A stretch of 64,000 bases of DNA from Tubiluchus corallicola (lineage: Eukaryota > Animalia > Priapulida). Under the pieces are notes generated by a model. That model searched no databases and was not told the origin of the DNA. It saw nothing but the letters and a program-made list of their open reading frames with translations. Shown here piece after piece: positions 35,486-47,770 of this stretch (position 1 is its first letter; each line of letters opens with the position of its first letter). The position numbers and the translations under genes are program-made. The stretch lies in the NCBI GenBank assembly GCA_030141605.1, contig JAQGDQ010000626.1, positions 40,059 through 104,058 of the forward strand, read 5' to 3'.

Positions 35486-38400
35486 TCTTGGCTGTGGCTT
35501 AATGAAGAAACATTAGGCCTTTGTCAAAGCTTTACTAATAGTAACCTATAATGAGTATGATTATTATGGTGTTTAACACAACTTTGAAATGTAAATGCAA
35601 ATGAAACTATTGTTAAGGCCAACAATAAATATACTTTTTAATAAACTTAATATTGTGGGATTTTTCATAAAAAGAAAGTAGAGGATCTACAGGAGAGCTA
35701 CAAGCTCTAGTCACCAGCTCATTTTACTGCATTTTACGCAGTTTCAGTGATATTCTTCAAGAAGTTTCGCCAGTTTAAAAGTCACTATAATTGTCAATTA
35801 CCAAAAAGTTTTTAAAAAATACATTTAATTACATGCCAGGATGTTGGTATACACTGTACATTACTTTTAATACATTTTTAAAAGCAATAACGTAGTAAGT
35901 GTTTGTGGCGTCAGGGAACAAAAAACTTCTAGCGCCCTACCCTTTTAATGTTTTGATCATGTTCTGTGGTTGAAGCCATAAATTGTGCACATTTTTTGTG
36001 TCCCTCAGCCTGACTCTCCCGTTTCGAAATGATGGGATAAGGGTTAAACAATTTTTTTCTAAAAATCACCCTGAGTTTGATTTGTGATACTGCACCAGAA
36101 TAACTCTTCTATGCATAAGTTGCTCATAACACGACTGTCTTTAAACATTCAGCTTCGCATTAAAACATGCAAAGATTATAAAAGATACAAAACACAATAG
36201 GTTTTCACAATAATACAATCGGCATTTAGAGAAACGCGCATTTTTCTCCCAAAATTATCGATCTGCAAAGCCACGCGACACCCGTTACTTAACAACATTA
36301 GCCTTCTTTCTAGGCTGTATATAGTAATTAAGTCAGCTACGATGATCTCTGACTAGGCAATTTTGTTGCAATTTAAAAACTTTTCACAACTGTTTTGTTA
36401 CTGTTGGATTAGTAATTAATAATTAACAGATAATGAATTCGAGAAGTTTTGTGCCCTCTCATCCTTGCGCCCGGGTGCGATTGCCCCCACTCAAATGTGG
36501 GAGAATCTCAGAAGCATCTACGGACCACACCCTCCCGAAAGATCACGTATTTTAATAAGTAAGTTAGTTCTTTATTTGCCCATCCCTACTTGTGGGCGGA
36601 GGTTTAAAGCCTCAAGCTGTTATGTTTATTGCAAAACCATGAAGAGCATTGAAAAACCATGAAAAAGATGGCACTGCTTTTGTATGGGGCAAAGCAGTAT
36701 GCGGCTCTACAATACACAGTGAAACAATACATGTCCCAATTTTGGGAAACCCTACTCGGCCTATTTTGGAACAAAACTGAGTTACTGATATCATTCTTCG
36801 TACCAGGCTGCATTTGACCAGCAAACTATTTGATGATCTGAAGCTTATTAAACAAGTTATTGCCAATCGATGTTTTCAGCACAGCTGCATTTTGAGTTGC
36901 AACCTAGTAAGTCCATTGATTTAAAAATTACTAAAAAATATTTGCAGAATAATAAACTGCATTTTAATGTGCATTTTGTTCCAAATCTTAAGGTAATCCC
37001 TTAAAACATTGCTTCTCGGCAAACTAAAACTTGGCATACCTGGTATGGTATTGTATGGTAAAACTGTTTTTCGCATTTTCTAAAAAATTGCTGAAGTGGA
37101 CTAATAGGTATTTGAGGGAACGGGAGACACAACAAGGCCATACATGGGAATGCGGAGCAAGCGCGAACGACCTACGTAATGTATACTATAATATATCAAC
37201 TATACTATAGTGGTACAACTAACTTAAAGTAGAACACCTACGGCTTACGCGATCAAGCCTAAAAGTCAGAACTTAGGCGCATCACTTTAACCGAAAAACG
37301 ATTAGTATATAAAGCTATAAATGATTTTTTACAAACTATCATCCCTAAACTCAAAATTTCGTGGATAATGTGGAACGTTACCGAACCGAACCTATTGCTT
37401 GTTTAGTGTTTAACGCAAACGGGGAAACCTTCGACTTGCAATTTCTGTATTGTTTCGCGCATCAGCTATGAGCCCGACACTTGGCTCAATGTATCCACAA
37501 AAAAAGCTGTAGGCTATAATCGTCTAATCGTTTTACACCAATTTTTCTAGCAACGCACAGTTCACAGAAGCATTACAAGCGTGAAAGTGTGCAAAGATAA
37601 TTATGTTCCCATGAAAAATTAGTTAAAATTTTGTTAATTTTATGCTGTTGGGTCACCCTCCAAATTATTTTCATTACCGCTAATCAATGAAATGTGAAAA
37701 TAGTTGTAGGTTGAACACCAATACCCGTTCAGTTTTTTAATTCGATTCGAACTTAAAATCACAGATTTTATATAATTCAGTATTTCATCCACATACGTTC
37801 TTTATTATTAAAACGTTTGAAACATCATGCAATTAGCACAATTTAGTAGCGCTTTTTATGTGCATTTTTTAAACAAGTTATAAGTGGTTTTATTGCAGAA
37901 CAAAATCGAGTAATATGCATTATCTTTGCAACACTGCTTTGCACTGGTGGTTCGAAAACTTGTTCGAAAATGTTTCATACTCAATTCGCATTCGAAATAC
38001 TAAAATTCGGTTTGATTCTAATTCGACAGTCACAAATTCGATTCGGTTTGAAGTCAGTTTCTGGTAGAGAAGCCTACTGTCCATATCACAACAGCATAGT
38101 TTACAAAATATTGAAAAAATTGCATCCCATTGTCTACACAGGATAGTGACAACAATGGTAACAATAGTGATAATGCTTTTATTGCTTTGTAAATGCTTGT
38201 GGTCCAGTAAAAATGTTACTTACTTTTCATATTACAGTGTTACTGAAAAGCACGTATTAGCACAGAAAAATAAAAAATATCCTATGTGATTATGATAGAA
38301 TTACCTTGACTTCGTTGAATTACAACATATCGGTATTTCACTTACATAATACACAGATTTACATAGTACTTTGCTATTTTTTAAATCCCACAATTTAATG

Positions 38401-39808
38401 CCATCGATAACTAGTTATTTTTTATTTATTTTAGATTAAATTATGTGTATATACAAAATTATGTAACGGGCGTTAACTGGCCATACACTTACACTTGCAC
38501 CATACAAATATGTAGCAAAAATACTGCCGACAGTTCAATATTATTAATCTATGTGCTGTTTCGTAAATCGCAAACAAAGTTTACACAATTTACATATTTT
38601 ATAAACATATAGCCAGGCATTTATACTGTAAGACCAAAGTGCAATTTTAGCTGCCAATAATTCTTAATCAGTGAATTGAATTAAGTTGCACTCGCACAGC
38701 ATCTACTGAGAAACTGAAGTAAGACGGCAAATATGACTTCTAGCATGTTTTCATGTCTACCTAAGTAAGCAATTAACGTCAAATTAAAACGCTCTCAATA
38801 TCGTGTTTTAGCTTTAATGGGATGCAGTCACGTGCTGCCATCTGCACACATGATAATGAAGAAAGCATGTGACAGAAACAGTTACGCATGATTGTGTGTT
38901 GAGACCTTAACCTGAGACCAGAAAAGAATTCAAAAACTATTTCTGAAATGATAAAAATACGTTGTTAGATTTAAGTATTGAAAGCCATCTGTTTAATATT
39001 GCTGAAAGTGAAATAATTGTTTTTTTCTGAAACAAAGACTTTTTAGGTCCAAACGGTAGTACGAACACCCCACCCGGAATCATCAAGAGGACCTGACAGG
39101 AGGAGTTCTGTTTCTGCCGCTTTTTCTCACAGCATCAGAAACCCAGCCAGCCGCCGACAGTGCACAGCTTCGATAGAGTGACAACCACACGAAAGCTGAA
39201 TGTTACGTTATATTATATGGCTAGCTTATCGCAAGAACGAAAAAGTTGATGGCGTCACCAAACACAGGCAGTAATCTATTCACTGCCGTTATTTTGCTCG
39301 TACGTTGCACCACATTGCAGCCTAGTGCAGTGTTGCAGTTTTCCGTTCATAAAAATAACTGGAAAGTGTGGTCTTTATTTTTACTTGCTAACTTTAATGA
39401 AGCTACGTGAAACTCTGCATATCCCCAGCCTCTGTTACAGATATTATGAGAATCTACTAAACAGCGATACTTGGATCCGTTCTATTACAACTACTTAACT
39501 ACTAATTTTTAAAGGTCTTCGGAATTTAATTAAAATTACGTTTGTATAAGAAACTGCAAGCGTGACATTCGATCATGCAAATCGGTTTTGCTTGCATTGT
39601 TTTTGCCAGCATTTGCGTTTTCCTGAGTCGATTCCACAGCTGATTACGTGAAAAGAATAAACAATCTACGTTTAGAACTGCGCTGAGTGACTGTGCATAG
39701 CAGCTCTGATCTCAGTGTACTGTGCAAGCAGCGAGCTGTTACAACAAGTATAGCTACACTGCTGTAAGCGTGTTTTCTTGTGCCCTAATTATGTTCCAAC
39801 TTCAGCTA

Positions 39809-40239
39809 AATGGGACCTTCAAAAATTGAGGTGGGTTTAGTTTTGCTTTTAAACCAGCTCAGCTATTAATAAAATTGACAGTAAATTTATGTACATGAAT
39901 TGCTTGAATATTTAATTTAGCTTCGTGTAGCTAAGTGTTACTGTAGTGTTTTAATTATTATAGCATTATAGGATGCTTTTATCGATTTATTGTATTGATC
40001 GTTATAAAGGTGTTGTTGTTATAATGGGACCTTCAAAAATTGAGGGGGGTTTATTTTTGCTTTTAAACCAGCTCAGCTATTAATAAAATTGGCACTAATT
40101 TTATATACATGAATTGCTTGAATATTTAATTTAATTAGCTTCGTGTAGCTAAGTGTTGCTGTAGTGTTTTAATTATTATAGCATTACAGGATGTTTTTAT
40201 TGATTTATTGTATTGATCGTTATAGTGGTGTTGTTGTTA
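39809..40239. repeat. ~214-bp local tandem duplication including the ARID5B micro-exon
   Basis: ATGGGACCTTCAAAAATTGAG at 39810 and 40024, with colinear downstream sequence. Confidence 0.9.
39810..39830 (+). CDS. ARID5B: ARID5B-like gene, first coding micro-exon (MGPSKIE)
   Basis: ATG at 39810, donor GAG|GTGGGT (phase 0), preceded by a TTCAG acceptor. Corresponds to vertebrate MEPNSLQ. Confidence 0.65.
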
Positions 40240-40503
40240 GAACTTATTTTCTTAGTAAGCACAATTTCTTTTGTTAATCTAGAGGCCTAGTATTAATTAT
40301 CGATAATAATTATTAAACATTTTAATAGGGTAAATCAATATTAGAACACACATTGTAGCATTGTAGCAAGTATAGCTGATTTTTAGCAAAAAATATAATA
40401 TTTATAAGGCTTTTGTTCCGACTGTGCACTTGATAAATGAATCTGCAGATTGTACAGTATACACCAATTAAATCATTGATGATTTAAACATTTTCTTGTT
40501 TAG

Positions 40504-40764
40504 TTTCTGGGCAATCCTTGTGGTGAGCACGGAGCGTACGTTTTCTTCAAAAGCCTTCAATACGACGATGCCGTGACAGGCAAGCAAAAAACTTTGACCC
40601 TTGGACAATTTTTCTTCCTGAAGATATCTAATGATTTTCCATTTTGCATCGGAGAAATACAGCTACTTTGGGAGGATCGAAACGCCAAGGAACGCCTGTC
40701 TAGTTCCAGGCTGTACTTCCTGCCGGAGGACACGCCAAATGGAAGACAGAGCAGGGATGGCCAG
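40504..40764 (+). CDS. ARID5B: ARID5B-like gene, exon 2 (N-terminal BAH-like domain)
   Basis: FLGNPCGEHGAYVFFKS...LTLGQFFFLK...CIGEIQLLWEDR...LSSSRLYFLPEDTPNGR closely matches the human ARID5B N-terminus (WVGSPCGLHGPYIFYKA...LSSSKLYFLPEDTPQGR). TTTAG acceptor, GTGAGC donor, 261 nt. Confidence 0.9.
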
Positions 40765-43700
40765 GTGAGCCTAGTGGTAATTTTGTTCCCAAAAAATCAA
40801 TTTGTAAACCCCCATTAATTGTACAATTCAGAGCTGTACTTAATTGCACGCGTAGCTGCTGGCAGTTTCTGTGTGTCTTAAAATTGTGTTTAAAAGAGGA
40901 AGTGAAGATCGTGCTTGCCAGAATTATTGATTATTTATCTGTTGAATTAATTGTGTAATCTCACTGATCCCTATTGAGCTGTTTTCCACGTAGAATGAAA
41001 GTCGAAATGAAAGAAAATTTAATAATGTCGTGCTAATTAGTACTAATGTTTGTAATAAAGCTTCATTAAGCATTAAAGCGTACTGAATCAAATGAACGAA
41101 AATGATATCTACTAATTGACAGAAAAAGTGACAATTATTAATGTCAAGCATTGCTTTTTTGTCTACTGAATAGCATTTTTAGACAAAGCCTTTGATTAGG
41201 TGAGGTTGCTTTGTTCGTTTTATTCTTTCAGTATTTCACACAATAAAATGTCTCGAGTCGCCAACTGGTATCTAATGAATGCCTTAATCAATGATCTCTC
41301 TGCTGTAAAAGCTTTAGCATCTTGCCGTCAACAGGCTGGGCTGTTTATAGAAGCGTAATGTATACAAAGGTCTACCTGCCATGCTTCACCTGTTTCAAAA
41401 ATGTTGGAAGTGATTGAATGGTTGCTGCGTTTATGTACAATTTCTCTGCGTTACAGCCTGCTTACCCAGAGCGACGTTTTACCCACATTAATTAATGAAC
41501 CGCAATTAGGCATAAAATATTAATCACACAGTTACTGTACCGGTTATTTTGATTTTAGTTGAAACTGTGTTGAGTAAAATTGTGGCCCCAGGCATTCGAA
41601 GGTTCATTCGGATGTTGTAATATATAAATGATGAAGAAAAACCCAAGGTACAGTAGGGAACATTTGTGATTTTTGTTGCTGATCGAATATTCAGTTTTGC
41701 TGTTTGATCGAATAACGAAAATTTGTCGCTATTGTAGATTACTTTGAAAGTCTGAAATTGGACATCTTAATTGATTTTTTTCTAAGAAGCTTGCTAGCCA
41801 TTATTAACAGCAAAGAAAAAATGGTGATCAAAATTATATTAGTGACACTTTTGTTATTAATATGCGTCCTGAACACTAAGTAGGAAAGTAATCGAAGCAT
41901 TAAATTTTTAACGCCTAAAAGCTTGCTTCGACCTAATTAATGAACCATCGTCTTTATATTGCAAAGAGAAACAGAAATCAGCGCTTTTAATCACTGCTGC
42001 TGCTACCCGCTGCAAACTGAGCTAAGAAAATGGCTTTAGTTTAGAGAGCGATAGACCGACCTGTTTAGATTGCTGTTCGAAATGCCTGTATGTATAATTA
42101 AGGCGCTAACATTGAAGTGGAAGGGGGTGGGATCAGCACGAATGTGTTGCTGATTTTGATCTGTGTCATCACGATCTGCCATTTTCCAGATTAAACTGGA
42201 TTTGTAAGAAATACACTTTTCTGGTAATCTATGTATAGTGATTAATATACACATAGTATGGTACACATACACATATACATATAACATATACACATACAAT
42301 GGTATGCATTGATTTATATTGATATATTGATATACTGATATATTGATATATTGGTAAACATTGATATATATATATATATATAAATATATATATATACAAC
42401 CACTATACAAAGTTTACTAGAAAAGTGCATTTCTTACAAACCCATTTAATCTGCAAAGTAGCAGATCGTGATGAATGTAATGAAACAGATCAAAATCATA
42501 CAAAGTTATACTACAAAGTTAATTAGAGTTATTTTATATTTTACTTTTTTACGTCACTTGTTTAATCTAGGCTAGGGAGTATGTATGATGTTGATAAAGT
42601 TGGTGTAATCATTATAGTAATTATTATGCTACTAATGATGATTTAAATAATTATTAATTAGTAACGTAATAATATCGATAGGGTAATTAGTTACTAACCA
42701 TGATAATTAAGATGAACTGTTTACAAGTCGCTGAGACACGTAAAAACGTAACAAGATTTTAAGAAAGGGATTTGAGAGGTGAATAATGGAAGATTAGAAG
42801 CACTAGCCAAGTTAAAAGATCCAATGGCGTTATGGGCAAAGCTGTAAATACTAAATCAGTTACCATACACACAGCTACCACCGCCTTAATTACTTTAATT
42901 GGGGACTCGTTCAATTAGTATAATTACACAGTTCAATAATTAACATACGTTGCTCATTCGGTACTTTACAGAACATTCGCCATTAAGTTCCATTATCGCA
43001 TTAAAACCTTATTAATCTTTCCGTTTTTATGAAAAATTGTCAAACAAGAAAATTATTGTAATTATTACAATTGCGTAATCATCACCAGTTGAGTGGCTCA
43101 ACGAAGAAAATTGTTATTGATCGATGAAAGCGGCTGTTTAGTAAGCAGCCCATTCTACCGACCACCCCCGCACGAGATTAAAGCGACCCTGCGGGGTATT
43201 AATGTAGGCTTGTCATATGATGAGCTCTGCGTTGCCAAATTCCAATTTGGGTGCTATTTGCCCGTTCCGAGCCAAATGCTGTATGTGCTGCGAAGCACTG
43301 GGGGTGGCTAGACCTGCCATCAATACTAGCAATAATGTAATCGAGCTGTAACCGTGGTGAATTAGTCATTTTTATGGCCGTCTTTGGAATTTATAATAAT
43401 TACGACGCGGAAAAACATGGATTTTGTCATTTGCTAATGTTGCACGGATTAAATTTAATTTAGTATATTTTGTGCAAACGATGTACACCTAATTACCTAT
43501 AAGGCAATTATCTTTTGTGCCTTACCCAACGAAGGCGATATTATAATCTCTAAGTTAGTTTAGTTTTAGTTTAGTTTATTATTATTACATTCAGTACAAT
43601 ATAATGACATTAAGCACACAGTGACATCAAAATTATTACGTCATACTGTATTAAATTGTTATGTTTCATACACTATCGTTATCATAAAAGAATAATTGTA

Positions 43701-44351
43701 CTGCAGTGGGCTAGAGAAGCAAAGGCTTGTGTAAGCCCACTGTCATGTGAACCCGATAAAAAAGGAATGGATGAGTTATATTTCTTATATTTCTTTCACT
43801 TTAAGAATTTTAAGAAATTATATTTATGGCATGGTCATACCTTACATGATAACATCAGTTTAAGAATTTTGTTTTGTGTTATTTGTAAAGCTTCCAGATT
43901 ACTTTTATATGTTTACTTTATGGAATGAGTAAACACAACATAGCAACATAACACAAACTTTTGCGTGTTTTGACCCGTTCCGCATAGTCCCAGCTGTATA
44001 AACTGCATGACTGCTTTTGTTTTAGAAATTTTGGACCCCACTTTGTAGTTTGAATTAAAGCGTTTTGCCGAATTTCATTTTATTTTATGTTTCTCATCCT
44101 ATTCCATAGTCCATACACAACGGAATGACTGACCGAAGATAACTAAGTGTAACTAAGTGTAACTAGTGCTGCTTACCTTGCCTAGGCTATTTGAAATGAG
44201 CTAAAGTTATCTAAAGTGTTTACGTAATGCACTGGTGAGCTTATGCAATTGTTGATTGAGGGTACAAGTCTACCTGGTCCCTAGTTTTCTCTTCCTTTTG
44301 CTCCTCACTTAGGGTTGTCACCTCTTCACGATCCAAAATCTGGTGTCAAGA

Positions 44352-44490
44352 ACCAGCTAGGGGGTCAGGGTACCAGCTAGGGGGTCAGGGTACCAGCTAG
44401 GGGGTCAGGGTACCAACTAGGGTGTCAGGGTACCAGCTAGGGTGTCAGGGTACCAGCTAGGGTGTCAGGGTACCAGCTAGGGGGTCAGGG
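44352..44490. repeat. 20-bp minisatellite, ~7 copies
   Basis: Unit TACCAGCTAGGGGGTCAGGG. Confidence 0.95.
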
Positions 44491-45231
44491 CAGTATGAAA
44501 ACCGACCCATTTCCTATATCTTTCACGTCTTATGAATCCTTTTTCGGAAACAAAAATCAAGAAATGTAAACCGTAGAGTGTAAATTGCTTGATTTTAAGC
44601 TTTACACAGTCCGTGTACCTTTCACACATTTTCGAGGTTTTTGGAGATGAAATTATTATGAAGTTATGTTAAATTATTATGAAGTTTATGTTACATAAAT
44701 TAAAACAAAACAGAAGAATACTTGATTACTTGCACTGCACTTGTCACTGCAGCAAAAATTGGCAAAAAATGATGCCTTAAAATAGATTAAACTCGTTTTT
44801 TTAAGTTTGCTTTTATCTTAACAGGGATTTCCTTGTTTAGCTTGACCGCATGCAAAGTTTGAATATGCAATGTGCAATTTCAGTTTCTTTCCGTTTACAT
44901 TTGAATACGATAATCAAAATCGGGAGATTTCAGAATTTTTCAAAAATCCGACCGAACTACGAAGCTATGGCTGAATTTCAGGAGACTCCTGGGCAGATCA
45001 GGAGCGGTGGCAACTGGGCTACCTTCATCTCCTCCAGGGGAAGTTTCTATGTTTTGTGAATAATTTGTGATTTCATAACCTTGTTACGGGGTTGGTATAA
45101 CCGAACTTATGCTACTAGGTATAGGGGGAAATTCTAGAAATGTTTTAAAAACTAAGATCACTGGATCCCTCGTGGTGCACACAAACAAGCTATGTAACTC
45201 CACAAATTTTATTTTTGATTGTTACGTGGTA

Positions 45232-45437
45232 TCGTATATATTAATTCTACTGGTATGTTATACATATATATATATGTATATTTATATATATATATAAGAT
45301 TCGAGGCTACAGCTCGGACGACGGCACCATTTGCGGCGATCTATACATCAAACGAAAGGTCTCGATCTAGTGTCGTGCCATTGGGGGGTTTATTTTTCGA
45401 ATCGGGCCCACCGGGAGGAACGGAGGGGGGGGCGAAA
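45232..45437 (+). mobile_element. Helitron 5' fragment
   Basis: A|TCGTATATATTAATTCTACTGG...(TA)n AGATTCGAGGCTACAGC, shared with the 45891 copy. Confidence 0.6.
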
Positions 45438-45890
45438 TTGTTATTAATAAAATTAACATTGCGCTGAGTTATTGCATCGTTTCTCAACTTTTGCGCCACA
45501 TTCACTAAAATTTTAAATCTCGCAGATTCGAGTAAACCTGTTTAGTGTGTAATTCTCATCGCAAAATGGAGACATTTCGTTTACGTGACATTTGTGTACA
45601 TTTGTCTATTCTTGAACGCCATTAATAATGCATGAATGGCGCGGGCACGGGGGATGGTCGTTATATCAATATTAGGAGACATGCTGGCATGATGCAGCAG
45701 CTGTCTTTAATTGCATTAATCACTAAATTTATAATGATTCTGAATGTCCATTCACTAGAATTCACGTTGCAAGAAAACAATGGACTCTGTTCACTAACGA
45801 ATCAACATTAATTCAATATTGAATGATTTCTAAAGGTTTATTCAACAAATATACTGTAGATGTCGAAATTTTCATTGTACCATTTTTAAA

Positions 45891-46612
45891 TCGTATATAT
45901 TAGTTCTACTGGTGTATATATATATATATATATATATATAAGATTCGAGGCTACAGCCACGATCGGTCTCGATCTAGTGTCGTGCCATTGGGGGTTTATT
46001 TTTCGAATCGGGCCCACCGGGACGAACGGTGGGGGGAGGGGGGTGCGAAAAACCTCCATTTTTTGGCCGTTTTTTTTTTTGCAAAAGTTATACGAATGAG
46101 ATCTGGAAGGGGCCATGGGTGGTGCTGCCTATGGATAGATAGCCCGTTCAGCGGTGGGTGTCATAGGCGTATTTAGAATTTGCGAGAGGGCCACGGCGTC
46201 CCGTAACGGGCGTTTTCCCGGAACCAACTCGCGATTTTTTCGAAATTTTGACCAAACAGCATGCGGAAAAAACGTTCTAGCGGCGCCTGGTGGGACTCTC
46301 GGAAGGAGGTATATAGCTCCTTAGAAAGAGAAAGAACAGGGCTACACGACGATGTGGACTATATTTTAGGACACGTCCACCAAAAGGAGTGCCGACGAGT
46401 TAATTAGATGTTCTCTTTTTAGCAATTTTCGCTTGGAAAACTGCTGACGCAAAGCCATTGTTCTGACGTCATCCATTATACTCTGCCTATAGCTTTAATT
46501 CAGTAAAAGTTGCTACTGGCTTAGCATTATAAACGAGGACTATGTATGATGTTCGCGTATTTTTGATTATACGTGTATTTATACGCAAAATTTTTTGTAG
46601 GGCCTTTGCTAG
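45891..46612 (+). mobile_element. Non-autonomous Helitron, complete
   Basis: A|TC...CTAG|T boundaries with a subterminal hairpin. ~500 bp shared with 28722-29289. Confidence 0.75.
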
Positions 46613-47520
46613 TGTATTAATATTTCTAGACTTACACTATCAGCAATTAACTATACCTTACTACTACAGTATATTAAACTAACAGTAACGTATTAAAATA
46701 ACACTATCACTATATTTACTAACACGTTATTTCCTTGCATTAATAAAATCTTCTACCTACCTTTTTATTAAATTAACTACATTGGCATTTGCGTGTTGCA
46801 TTTATTAATCAATGCAGGAGTAGCAGCTGCAGGAGCTGATCGTCAACATTAAGATCTGAGAAGTTTACCTTTTTATTGGCGTGAAAATATTGAAGATCAG
46901 CAAATATCTTACCGTGCAACTTTTTCAAAGTTATATTTTATATATTAAGTGCATATAATATTGTCAGTATATTTTTATATTTTCGTAATAATCTTTGTCT
47001 TTAGTGTACGTCGTGTTTCTTTTACGTTGTTTTTAACGTAATTACGGATCGTTATAACTTTTGTTTTATCCGTTTATTTAGAATACCCTCCAGTTGTAAC
47101 AGAAAGCGAAATCGTTATTTTCTGCTGCAAGTTTGCATCCTCTGACTAATCAATTTTGCATATACAGTAAACTCGGATGTCTTAATAATAACTTTTCTTT
47201 CGCGGAAATTTAATCCTCAATTGTACAAACAGAAATTACGAACCTGCGTTGAGCTGTGTACACATGTGACTGAAATACCACAAATTTGGAATTTGCCAGC
47301 ATTGCGTACTAGCTTCGCTAATTTATGTTCTTGTTATGGTAAAATATTCGAGCTAATAAATTTCAAAGCTTGCCAGTTCTCTATGCAGTTAGCCAGCGAA
47401 AACTGTAGAGTGAGGAGAGATCAAAGCTTTGTTTACAGCACTACCAGAAGGCAGGTGTAGAAAGGGGAGTGAAATACGACCCCTGACACAGCAGTACCTA
47501 AATGTAGATACATACTTACA

Positions 47521-47770
47521 TTATTACACTGCATTACATCGGTACAGTATTACACTGCATTACATCGGTACAGTATTACACTGCATTACATCGGTACAGT
47601 ATTACACTGCACTACATCGGTACAGTATTACACTGCATTACATCGGTACAGTATTACACTGCATTACATCGGTACAGTATTACACTGCATTACATCGGTA
47701 CAGTATTACACTGCATGACATCGGTACAGTATTACACTGCATTACATCGATACAGTAGTACACTGCATTA
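47521..47770. repeat. 26-bp minisatellite, ~9 copies
   Basis: Unit TATTACACTGCATTACATCGGTACAG. Confidence 0.95.
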
